Shown in pieces: positions 36,063-44,598 of a DNA stretch of 64,000 nt. The translations under genes and the position numbers were made by a program. The DNA is from an uncultured Bifidobacterium sp. (GTDB lineage: Bacteria; Actinomycetota; Acidimicrobiia; Acidimicrobiales; Ilumatobacteraceae), in the NCBI GenBank assembly GCA_964513215.1, contig CAZELU010000001.1:27773-91772 (forward strand), given 5' to 3'. Under the pieces are notes generated by a model that did no database searches, was not told the DNA's origin, and saw only the letters and a list, made by a program, of their open reading frames with translations. The number at the start of each line of letters is the position of its first letter. The first letter of the stretch is position 1.

Positions 36063-37174
36063 ACTCCGAGCGACTCGCCGAGGCGCCGGGTCAACACGTC
36101 GTACGAGAATTCACGCTCGGCCCTCTGACGCGAGGCGATACTCATTCGTTCGCGGAGACCGGCATCGTCGAGGAGTTGACGCAGGCGGACGACCACGGCT
36201 TCGACATCGGTGGGTGGGTCGATCACGAAACCGGTTTCACCGTCGGCCACCGCTTCGGCCGCACCGCCACTACGGCCAGCGATCTGCGGAACTCCACACG
36301 ACGCCGCTTCCACGAACACGATGCCGAATCCTTCCTGCTCGAGGCCGAGCCAACGATTGCGACACAGCATCATCGACACATCGGCACACGCGTAGAGCCG
36401 AGCCAGGTCGTCATTGGGCACACGACCGAGAAAACGAACCGGCGCCGACAACTCCTTGGCCAAGCCGGCCAAGCGCTCGGCGTCACGCCCACCACCACCA
36501 ATGAGAAGAATCAATCCGGGTCGTTCGTCCTTGAGCCGGGCCACGGCCCGAATGGCGGTGTCGAAACCCTTGCGCGGGACGAGACGGCTGAGACCCACCA
36601 CTACTTCCGCATCGGGCGCCACACCGAAGTGCTCGCGGGCCACCCGTCGTTCGTCGTCTCCGAGCGGAACGAAGCGCGACGTGTCGACGCCGGGCGGAAC
36701 GATGGTCACGTCGAGCGATCGGCCAGCGGCGCGTTCGGCTTCGGCGGCCGGATATCCGCCGGCGGCGATGACGTGACGGGCCTTGCGCAGAACGCGACCG
36801 AGCACCTGACGCGACACCGGGAGTCGTCCCGGAACCGTGACTTCGGCGCCGTGCAACACCACGTCGTACGGCAGCGCGAGCGATGGACCCACGATGCCGA
36901 GCGGAACCGCCGGATCGAGAACGATCAGGTCGGCCTGCACACGACGCGCCATGTCGTTGATTCGATTGACCATCCACGGGTGCGGCAGAAGAACGGGTTC
37001 GCGCACGCGCTCGATGTGAAAGGGCTGAGCCGCGTCGAACTCGTCGGCCCCCTGATACGGACTCGTGAGAACGGCGAACGAGTCGGGCGGAAGTCTCCGC
37101 CACCACTCCCACAGCAATGACTGGATACCGCCGATCTTCGGCGGGAAATCGTTCGTGACGAGGAGGTGCTTCAC
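36053..37174 (-). CDS. GT4 family glycosyltransferase (PimB-prime-like mannosyltransferase)
   Basis: ORF trimmed to GTG 37174, which forms a GTGA overlap with the queG stop. Contains VTNDFPPKIGGIQ and the E-x7-E motif EQEGFGIVFVEAASCG. Confidence 0.85.
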   Translation of the reverse strand: MKHLLVTNDFPPKIGGIQSLLWEWWRRLPPDSFAVLTSPYQGADEFDAAQPFHIERVREPVLLPHPWMVNRINDMARRVQADLIVLDPAVPLGIVGPSLALPYDVVLHGAEVTVPGRLPVSRQVLGRVLRKARHVIAAGGYPAAEAERAAGRSLDVTIVPPGVDTSRFVPLGDDERRVAREHFGVAPDAEVVVGLSRLVPRKGFDTAIRAVARLKDERPGLILLIGGGGRDAERLAGLAKELSAPVRFLGRVPNDDLARLYACADVSMMLCRNRWLGLEQEGFGIVFVEAASCGVPQIAGRSGGAAEAVADGETGFVIDPPTDVEAVVVRLRQLLDDAGLRERMSIASRQRAEREFSYDVLTRRLGESLGVWS

Positions 37175-38391
37175 GAACCGACCTCGGCGAGTTCGGCTCG
37201 AACGTCCGGGTCGGGGTCGTCGACGAGACCGGTCACGAGATCGGCGCGTCCGAGTCGTCGGGCCGCCCACACGGCGTGGGCGCGCAGCATCGGATCACGG
37301 TGAGAAAGGTAGTGGCGCAGAACTCCGAGCACTGGTTCATCGACGGGAGTGGACGCGATGTTGCCGAGGATCACCAGAGCGTTGCGCCGCAGCCACCGCG
37401 GATCGCGCTCGGCCAGATACCAACGGCCGAAACGGTCGAGCAGATGCGCGTCGTCGGCCGTGAGCACTTCCATCACGTCGACGCGCGCACCCGGACCACC
37501 CGATCCCGTGCGCGCTGGAACACGCCGGCCGAGCCGCACCGTGGGCGGACACGACTCCTGACAATCGTCACAGCCGTAGAGCCGATCGCCGAGTGCGACG
37601 CGGAACTCGCGCGGAAAGATCCCGGGTTTCTGCACGAGCCAGGCGAGGCAGCGTCGCGCGTCGATCACGCCCGCATCGACGATCGCTCCGGTGGGGCAGT
37701 CGTCGAAGCAGCGTCGGCACGACCCGCAACCGTCGGGCGCTGGCTGCGCCGTCACGCGCAGCGGCGCCGTGGTGACGAGTGAACCAAGCACGAACCAACT
37801 GCCCGCACCGGGTACGAGGAGATTGGCGTTCTTGCCCCACCAGCCGAGGCCGGCTCGCCAGGCCACTTCTCGATCGACCAGATCGTTCTCGTCGGCGAAG
37901 ACGACCGCGCGGAATCCGTCGTGTCGCAACCGGAGGGCGACCTGCTGGAGCGATTGCCGTAACGGCGTGTAGAAGTCGTGGCGGGCGTAGCGGGCCACCC
38001 GCGCCGACAGCGGTGGAGGACCGCCGCCGTCGCCAGCATCGTCCGTGTCATCTTCTGCGTCATCGCCCGAGTCATCAATCGCGTAACTGAGCGCGGCCAC
38101 GACGATCGATTGGGCGCCGGTCACCGCCCGATCGGGATCGGTCGAGCGAATCGGATCGCGAAACGTGAAGCCCATGGTGTCGGACAGCCCTCGTTCGCGA
38201 CGATCGACGAGAGCCACGCGCGCACGGTCGAGAATTCCGGCGTGCGTGACACCGACCCGATCGAGCCCAAGTGATCGCGCGTACTCGAGGATCGCCTCGG
38301 TGTACTCGGCTGACGATGCGTCAGGAGGCGGAAGCTTGGCCGGGCGCACGATGCCGAAGGTTAGGCACCAATCCGGCCTCGGCGAGGACAC
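37171..38391 (-). CDS. queG: Epoxyqueuosine reductase QueG
   Basis: Ferredoxin-type clusters CGSCRRCFDDCPTGA and CDDCQESCPP, plus C-terminal HEAT-like repeats (DPMLRAHAVWAARRLGR, DPDVRAEL). The start is uncertain, with an alternative GTG at 38349. Confidence 0.8.
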   Translation of the reverse strand: MSSPRPDWCLTFGIVRPAKLPPPDASSAEYTEAILEYARSLGLDRVGVTHAGILDRARVALVDRRERGLSDTMGFTFRDPIRSTDPDRAVTGAQSIVVAALSYAIDDSGDDAEDDTDDAGDGGGPPPLSARVARYARHDFYTPLRQSLQQVALRLRHDGFRAVVFADENDLVDREVAWRAGLGWWGKNANLLVPGAGSWFVLGSLVTTAPLRVTAQPAPDGCGSCRRCFDDCPTGAIVDAGVIDARRCLAWLVQKPGIFPREFRVALGDRLYGCDDCQESCPPTVRLGRRVPARTGSGGPGARVDVMEVLTADDAHLLDRFGRWYLAERDPRWLRRNALVILGNIASTPVDEPVLGVLRHYLSHRDPMLRAHAVWAARRLGRADLVTGLVDDPDPDVRAELAEVGS

Positions 38392-38539
38392 GCATGGCCC
38401 GAATCTCGGCCAGGTCGAACACCACGGCCTCGTGCGGGTCGTCGCGACAGAGATACGACATGACGCAGTCGTGGCATGCCTCGGTGTCGCGCATGACGCA
38501 GGTATCGCAGTCGATGACGAGGAGTGGGTCTCGGTTCAT
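38321..38539 (-). CDS. Hypothetical small Cys-rich protein (72 aa, CxxC-x7-CxxC)
   Basis: Sequence MNRDPLLVIDCDTCVMRDTEACHDCVMSYLC...AVVFDLAEIRAMRVLAEAGLVPNL. It is the only coding-like frame across the otherwise unassigned 38392..38539. The SD is weak, and the 3' end overlaps the queG N-terminus. Confidence 0.4.
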   Translation of the reverse strand: MNRDPLLVIDCDTCVMRDTEACHDCVMSYLCRDDPHEAVVFDLAEIRAMRVLAEAGLVPNLRHRAPGQASAS

Positions 38540-38570
38540 GCGTCCAGCCGACCACAGGGGTGTGGCACGG

Positions 38571-39923
38571 TCAGCCGACGAGCGATGCCACCAGGGCGCG
38601 AGCGATCTTCTCGGCGACCATCAAGGTGGGCAGATGCGTGTTGGCTCGGGGAACCCTCGGCATCACCGAGGCATCGGCGATCCAGAGCCCGGCTACGTCC
38701 CACGAACGACCACTCGGATCGACCACCGACTCACCACGGCGGCCCATCGCACAGGTCCCGGCCGCGTGCACGTAGTCACCCGTCCGCTGCGCGAGCCAGG
38801 TGGCGATCGCGTCGTCATCATCACCCAAGCGATCGATCGGTGTGCCCACGTCGTCGATGAACACTCCCGCCACCAGCGACTGGATGTGTTCGCTGGCGAG
38901 CAATTCGCGAACGATACGTACGCCCACGGTGAGGCTGGCGACGTCACGCTCGTCGGACAACATCCCGAAGCGAATGTGTCCGTCGACGATCGACCCGCGT
39001 GACCACACGTTCATGAGGGCCGCGTTCAGCGTTGCGAATCCGGCCGCCTCGCGGCCGAGGTGTTCGATCGGCAGGATCTGAAGATCGTTCGGTGCAGCAC
39101 CCGATGACGTTCGCACGATTCCGGTGACGGCTTCTCGGGCCGGATCGGCCGGGTCGCGCCACGCGATCGTGAACGGTGCCGACGGGTGATCTTGGAGTCC
39201 CTGCCCGACGAACGGATTGGCCAGTTTCGAGCGCTGCAGGATGATCGGTGTGTGAATGGCGCCGGCCGCCATCACCACGGTGTCGGAGTCGATCGACCCA
39301 CCATCGGACGTCACGACGCCGTGCACGCGACCGGCATCGATCACCACGCGATCGACCGCGAGGTCGCCCCGCACTTCCACACGATCGCGCGCCGGCGTGA
39401 CGTACACGTCGAATGCCGATGCCCGCCGGCCGTTCGATCGTTGAGTGAGACGGGCCGCCTCGAGGGCCCCGGGACGACCCGAGTCGGTCCACGCCCGCCC
39501 CACGGCACCGGCCAACCGAGACGGCGCGACGTCGCGCACGGGGATGGGCAACGCAGCGAAGATCTGTGCGACATCTCGCCACGACCAACCGTCACATCCG
39601 TGATCGCGCTCCCAGCGGTCGTAGTCGGCGGGTTCGCCCACAACGGCCAACATCGCGTTCACGGCCGACGATCCACCGGCTCCCCGACCGCGTGCGTACG
39701 GGCGCACTGCTTGACCGGCCACACGTTGCGCGTCGAGACCGTCCCACGTCCAGCCCGGTGTGGCCAAAGCATCGAAGAAAGAAGGTGAGTGAATGGACTC
39801 GGGGGCGTCGAGTGATCCGGCTTCGAGCAGAACCACCGATCGACCCGATTCGGCGACTCGTCGAGCGATCACGCATCCGGCTGAGCCGGCACCGATCACG
39901 ACGACGGGTCGGTCGGCGGCCAT
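38571..39923 (-). CDS. GMC family FAD-dependent oxidoreductase
   Basis: ORF trimmed to ATG 39923, which forms a TGATG overlap with the upstream stop. Contains VVVIGAGSAGCVIARR (GxGxxG) and the C-terminal ADASVMPRVPRANTHLPTLMVAEK. Confidence 0.85.
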   Translation of the reverse strand: MAADRPVVVIGAGSAGCVIARRVAESGRSVVLLEAGSLDAPESIHSPSFFDALATPGWTWDGLDAQRVAGQAVRPYARGRGAGGSSAVNAMLAVVGEPADYDRWERDHGCDGWSWRDVAQIFAALPIPVRDVAPSRLAGAVGRAWTDSGRPGALEAARLTQRSNGRRASAFDVYVTPARDRVEVRGDLAVDRVVIDAGRVHGVVTSDGGSIDSDTVVMAAGAIHTPIILQRSKLANPFVGQGLQDHPSAPFTIAWRDPADPAREAVTGIVRTSSGAAPNDLQILPIEHLGREAAGFATLNAALMNVWSRGSIVDGHIRFGMLSDERDVASLTVGVRIVRELLASEHIQSLVAGVFIDDVGTPIDRLGDDDDAIATWLAQRTGDYVHAAGTCAMGRRGESVVDPSGRSWDVAGLWIADASVMPRVPRANTHLPTLMVAEKIARALVASLVG

Positions 39924-40555
39924 CAGGCCTCGAGACCCACCAAGTGGGCGACGTCGTTGTAGCGAATCAGTCGCCAACGTCCCGTGCGCACCAGTTCGAC
40001 TTCGGTGATCGACGTGTTCTTGGTGTGGATCTCGAACGATCCGGTACCGAAGGTGCGCAGCGCCTGACGCAACACCGTGTCGATCACGCCTCCATGGCAG
40101 AACACGACAACAGTGGCGTCTTCGTGATCGTCGATCAAACGGCGCACCGCGGTGCCGATACGCAACTGGAACTGAGCAATGGTCTCACCGCCGGGGAACG
40201 TGATTCCGTACGGGTCGTTCTCCCAATCGGGGTTGCCGAACTTCTGCTCGAACTCGACGTACGTGAGTCCGTCGCAATCGGGGCCCGGGTCGTGCTCGCC
40301 CAGATCGGGGTCGACGAGGACGTCGCGGCCGGTGAACGCCGGCAGAACGATCTCGGCAGTTTCACGAGCGCGCGGATAGGCGCTCGAGTACACGAAGTCG
40401 GGCACGAATTCGGGCTGGTTCAGCCAACGCTCGTGCAACCGCTCGGCTTGGCGACGCCCGAACGCGGACAAACCAGTGCACGAACGAGGGCCACCAACCA
40501 CTCGATTGACGGTCACCTGTGATTCGCCGTGACGGACGAGAACGAGCCGGGTCAT
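39923..40555 (-). CDS. Histidine phosphatase (phosphoglycerate mutase) family protein
   Basis: Contains LVLVRHGES, the RHG catalytic motif, and a downstream VVFCHGGVI. Confidence 0.85.
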   Translation of the reverse strand: MTRLVLVRHGESQVTVNRVVGGPRSCTGLSAFGRRQAERLHERWLNQPEFVPDFVYSSAYPRARETAEIVLPAFTGRDVLVDPDLGEHDPGPDCDGLTYVEFEQKFGNPDWENDPYGITFPGGETIAQFQLRIGTAVRRLIDDHEDATVVVFCHGGVIDTVLRQALRTFGTGSFEIHTKNTSITEVELVRTGRWRLIRYNDVAHLVGLEA

Positions 40556-40558
40556 CGG

Positions 40559-41998
40559 TCAGGCGAGCTTCTCGACGAACGATTCGAGCTGCCGCAAGTT
40601 ACGGCACTCGTACGTGCCGTCGGTGAAGTTGCCGTATTCGCCCACGATCGAGTCGCCGGTGTTCCAGTACGAACGGGGTTCGGGGTTGAGCCAGTACACG
40701 TGGCGCGCTTTGGCCCGGATCTCCTTGACGACCCAGGCCTGCGACGCGTGATAGTTGTTCCGCGCGTCACCGAGCAGAAGCACGGTGGTCTTCGGTCCGA
40801 CGTCCTTGCCGTAGCGCTCCCAGAACACCTCGAACGCGTGGCCGTAGTCGGAGTGTCCGTCGACCCACACCACGTCGGCTTCGGTGTTGACGCGGTGGAT
40901 GGCTTCGGTGATGTCTTCGGTCCCCTTGAAGAACTGGGTGACTTCGTCGATGCCGTCGATGAACACGAACGAGCGAACCTTCGAGAACTGGTTCTGGATC
41001 GCGTACACGAGCATGAGCGTGAAGCGAGCGAAAGCGGCGACGCTGCCGGAGATGTCGGCGACCACCATGAGTTCGGGCTTGGCCGGCCGGGGGTACTTGA
41101 AACGCGGGTCGGCGGGAACTCCGCCGTACGACAGCGAGTGGCGCACGGTGTTGCGGAAATCGAGCGGTCCGCGGCGACCATGCTTGCGTTTGCGGGCGAG
41201 TCGAGCGGCCAACTTGCGCGTGAGCGGATACAGAGACTTCTTGAGCAACTGCATCTCGTCACGACTGGCGTGCATGAACTCGACGTCTTCGGGAAGTGGT
41301 TTGCGCAACGTCTTGGCCATGGCCTCGGCGCCGCGATCGGCGACCAGACGACGTCGGATCTCGGCCTCGATCTCCTTCTTGAACTCCTCGATGCGCGACT
41401 GGTACTCGTCTCGCTCGAGACGCTCTTCGAGTTGAGTGAGTTCACCACCCACTTCCTGCTTCGAGGCCTCCATCAATTTGTCGAGCATTCCGTCGAGGTC
41501 GAGGTTGCGCAGAGTGCGGTAGAGGTAATAGGTGCCGCCCACGGGGCGACCCGGCTCCATCCCGGCGAATCGCTGCACGGCCTGCTTGGCCAGCGCGCGC
41601 ATGAGCGCCTGATCGCCGTTGAGCAACGCTTGCATGAGGATCTGCGCGATTTCTTCGGGAGTGAGCGAGTCCATTCCCCCCGACGAACCTCGACCATCTC
41701 CCTGCTGCTGGAGTTGCTCCTGCATCTCACGCCACATCTCGTCGATGGCGTCTTTCGATTCCTCGTTGATCTTGTACTGCGGCCCGCGGAGCGAGAAGTA
41801 GACCTCGAAGACCGTTTCGAACGAACGCCAGTGAGCGCTGTTCTTCACCAACGTGGCGCCGAGTGCGTACTTGAAGGCGTCGCGATCTTCGAGCGGAATG
41901 TGCTGGACCGCCTCCATGGCGTCGAGGTTCTCGGTGAGCGACACGGGAAGCCCCGCGTTGCGGAGTTCCTGAACGAAACCGGAGAGAAGATCGAGCAC
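40559..41998 (-). CDS. VWA domain-containing CoxE-like protein
   Basis: C-terminal VWA domain with the MIDAS-like motif LMVVADISGSV, plus an N-terminal helical region. It directly follows a MoxR/CoxD-like ATPase. Confidence 0.8.
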   Translation of the reverse strand: MLDLLSGFVQELRNAGLPVSLTENLDAMEAVQHIPLEDRDAFKYALGATLVKNSAHWRSFETVFEVYFSLRGPQYKINEESKDAIDEMWREMQEQLQQQGDGRGSSGGMDSLTPEEIAQILMQALLNGDQALMRALAKQAVQRFAGMEPGRPVGGTYYLYRTLRNLDLDGMLDKLMEASKQEVGGELTQLEERLERDEYQSRIEEFKKEIEAEIRRRLVADRGAEAMAKTLRKPLPEDVEFMHASRDEMQLLKKSLYPLTRKLAARLARKRKHGRRGPLDFRNTVRHSLSYGGVPADPRFKYPRPAKPELMVVADISGSVAAFARFTLMLVYAIQNQFSKVRSFVFIDGIDEVTQFFKGTEDITEAIHRVNTEADVVWVDGHSDYGHAFEVFWERYGKDVGPKTTVLLLGDARNNYHASQAWVVKEIRAKARHVYWLNPEPRSYWNTGDSIVGEYGNFTDGTYECRNLRQLESFVEKLA

Positions 41999-42005
41999 GG
42001 GTGTC

Positions 42006-42875
42006 TCAGGCCAGGTCGACCGACAGTTCCTTGGCGGCCTTGGCGATGTCGGTCTGGTACTTGAGGAGTACGTGCAACGTTTCCTTGGCCGTCTGAGCGT
42101 CGATCGTGTCGGCGTTGAGGAGCATGAGCGTGCGAGCCCAGTCGAGTGTTTCCGAAACGCTCGGCGCCTTCTTCAGATCGAGCTGACGGATGCTCCGCAC
42201 GATGCGTGCGACCTGATCGGCGAGATGCTCGGTGATACCCGAGACTTTGGCCAGCACGATTTCCTTTTCGCGCTCCATCGTGGGGTAGTCGACGTGCAAG
42301 TACAGACAACGGCGCTTGAGCGCCTCGGACAACTCGCGCGTGTTGTTGGAGGTCAGGAACACCATCGGGATCTGTGTGGCCGTGATGGTGCCCAGTTCGG
42401 GAATCGACACCTGGTACTCCGACAGGATCTCGAGCAACAAGGCCTCGGTCTCGACTTCGACGCGGTCGACTTCGTCGATCAGGAGCACGACCGGGTCGGG
42501 AGCGCTGATGGCTTCGAGAAGCGGGCGGGTGAGGAGGAACTCACGACTGAAGATGTCGTCGTGGATCTCCGACCACGAATCGCTGTTGCGATCGGCCTGG
42601 ATGCGGAGCAACTGCTTCTTGTAGTTCCACTCGTACAGGGCTTTCGACTCGTCGAGGCCCTCGTAGCACTGCAGACGGATCAATCGGGCACCCGTGAGGT
42701 CGGCGATGCTCTTGGCCAACTGGGTCTTACCCGTTCCGGCCGGACCCTCGACCAGCACCGGCTTGGCCAGTCGATCGGCGAGGTAGGCAACACCCGCGAT
42801 GCCGTCGTCGGCGAGATAGTTGACGTTGCGCAGACCATCTCGGACCTGCTGGACGGAATCGAAACGATGGGGCAT
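42006..42875 (-). CDS. MoxR/CoxD-like AAA+ ATPase
   Basis: Walker A VLVEGPAGTGKT, Walker B VVLLIDEVDR, and LRRCLYLHVDYP-like KRRCLYLHVDYP. Confidence 0.88.
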   Translation of the reverse strand: MPHRFDSVQQVRDGLRNVNYLADDGIAGVAYLADRLAKPVLVEGPAGTGKTQLAKSIADLTGARLIRLQCYEGLDESKALYEWNYKKQLLRIQADRNSDSWSEIHDDIFSREFLLTRPLLEAISAPDPVVLLIDEVDRVEVETEALLLEILSEYQVSIPELGTITATQIPMVFLTSNNTRELSEALKRRCLYLHVDYPTMEREKEIVLAKVSGITEHLADQVARIVRSIRQLDLKKAPSVSETLDWARTLMLLNADTIDAQTAKETLHVLLKYQTDIAKAAKELSVDLA

Positions 42876-42939
42876 GTTTTCACCCTACAAGTTGCCCCCT
42901 CCCGGCTCCCCTACCCGGGCCGACCTACCCTTGTCGGCA

Positions 42940-44598
42940 GTGACCGACCAGACCCCGAACGAGCGTGACGACGAAGCGCACCGCATCGACCCGGTCGCCG
43001 TCCCGCCGTCGGGCGACCCGGGTCACAGTCTGCTGCGTTCGAACGCGGTGGTGGCACTCGGAACCGGGCTGTCACGTCTCACCGGAATGCTGAAGATCAT
43101 CGTGTTCGGTTTCGTGATCGGACAAACCGCTCTGGCCGACGCGTACGACGGTGCCAACAACTCACCCAACTCGGTGTACGAACTGTTGCTGGGCGGCGTC
43201 CTGTCGGCGGCACTGGTTCCCATGTTCACGCGGCTCTTCGAGAACGAGGACGAAGAGTCGGTCGAAGCGGTCGTGAGCGTGAGCATCGTCTTCCTCACCG
43301 CGATCACGGCCATCGCAGTCTTCAGTGCTCCGTGGATCTTTCGCGTCTTCTCGTTGAGTCCCGACCCCAGCGTCGACCCGAACGACTTCCGCACCGTCGG
43401 CACTGCGCTCACTCGCATCTTCCTGCTCCAGATCTTCTTCTACGGGATCGCCGCGTTGTTCGGAGCGGTCCTCAACGCTCAGCGGCGCTTCTTCGCCGCT
43501 GCTTGGTCGCCGGTGCTCGCCAACATCGTGATCATCGCGTCGTTGCTCTACGTCCCGACGCTGCTCGACAAGGACTCGCCGGTGCTCACCGACGTCCTCG
43601 ACAGTCCATCGTTTCGTTGGCTACTCGGCCTCGGCGCCACGGGCGGCATCGCGCTCCAAGCCCTGATCTTGCTCCCCGCCATCCACCGCGCCGGACTGAA
43701 TCTTCGGTTCCGCTTCGATCTGCGCCACCCGGCCGTCAAGAAACTGTTCGCCCTGTCGGGCTGGACGTTCGGTTACGTGCTGGCCAACCAACTCACGGTG
43801 GTGATCGTGAAGAACCTGGCCCAACCCGGATCAGGAGGGCAGGACGCGTACGCCAAGGCCACCACGTTCTTCTACTTCCCGCACGGCCTCCTGGCCATGA
43901 GCATCGCCACAACGTTCATTCCGGAAATGGCCCGCGCGGTCTCGCGGCGCGATCGCGAGGCGTTCGTCGAACGCACCGAACTCGGGATCCGACTGGTTGC
44001 TCTTCTCACCATTCCGGCCGCGTTCGGTTTCCTTGCTCTGTCGCGGCCGATCATCGGCGCACTGCTGCAGCACGGACAGTTCGATCTTCCCGCGTCCATC
44101 AACACCGCACGCGTACTCGCCGGCTTGGCCCTCGGACTCGTGGGCTACTCGGTGTACTTGTTCACGCTGCGCGGGTTCTACGCCCACCAGGACACGAGAA
44201 CACCCTTCATCATCAACTGCGTCCAGAACGCCATCAACATCGTGCTGGCCTTCGTGCTCGTGGGGTTCTACGACGTGCTCGGCCTCGGCATCGCATTCGC
44301 CCTGTCGTACCTCATCGCCGCCGTGATCGCGATCTTCGTATTGCAGGTCAAGGTTCCCGAGTTCCCGGCTTGGCACACCGTGCTGAGCATCGGACGCATG
44401 ATGGCGGCCGGCGCCGGTATGGGCATCGTCGTGTGGCTCTCGGCCGGAGCGGTGGGCGACAACGACGGTCTGGGCGCACTCGCCCGAGTGATCGTGGGAT
44501 TGCTGATTGGTGCCGTTGTCTACACCGGTGCACTCACCGTGTTGCGCGTGCCCGAGATGGCGAATCTGCGCGCCATCGTGGCGCGTCGCCGCAACTAG
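42940..44598 (+). CDS. murJ: Lipid II flippase MurJ (MviN)
   Basis: ORF trimmed to GTG 42940, downstream of the divergent moxR start. The N-terminus reads LSRLTGMLKIIVFGFVIG...ADAYDGANNSPNSVYELLLGGVLSAALVPMF. About 14 hydrophobic segments. Confidence 0.88.
   Translation: MTDQTPNERDDEAHRIDPVAVPPSGDPGHSLLRSNAVVALGTGLSRLTGMLKIIVFGFVIGQTALADAYDGANNSPNSVYELLLGGVLSAALVPMFTRLFENEDEESVEAVVSVSIVFLTAITAIAVFSAPWIFRVFSLSPDPSVDPNDFRTVGTALTRIFLLQIFFYGIAALFGAVLNAQRRFFAAAWSPVLANIVIIASLLYVPTLLDKDSPVLTDVLDSPSFRWLLGLGATGGIALQALILLPAIHRAGLNLRFRFDLRHPAVKKLFALSGWTFGYVLANQLTVVIVKNLAQPGSGGQDAYAKATTFFYFPHGLLAMSIATTFIPEMARAVSRRDREAFVERTELGIRLVALLTIPAAFGFLALSRPIIGALLQHGQFDLPASINTARVLAGLALGLVGYSVYLFTLRGFYAHQDTRTPFIINCVQNAINIVLAFVLVGFYDVLGLGIAFALSYLIAAVIAIFVLQVKVPEFPAWHTVLSIGRMMAAGAGMGIVVWLSAGAVGDNDGLGALARVIVGLLIGAVVYTGALTVLRVPEMANLRAIVARRRN

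Noticed and set aside
42919-42938. GCCGAC-N8-GTCGGC hairpin just upstream of murJ, and a similar GCCGAC-N6-GTCGGC at 62259..62276 between clpP and clpX, considered as a shared regulatory or REP-like element
   Set aside because: The stems are only 6 bp. The hexamers are common words in GC-rich genomes, the loops differ, and there is no U-tract. Two copies are not enough to call a repeat family.
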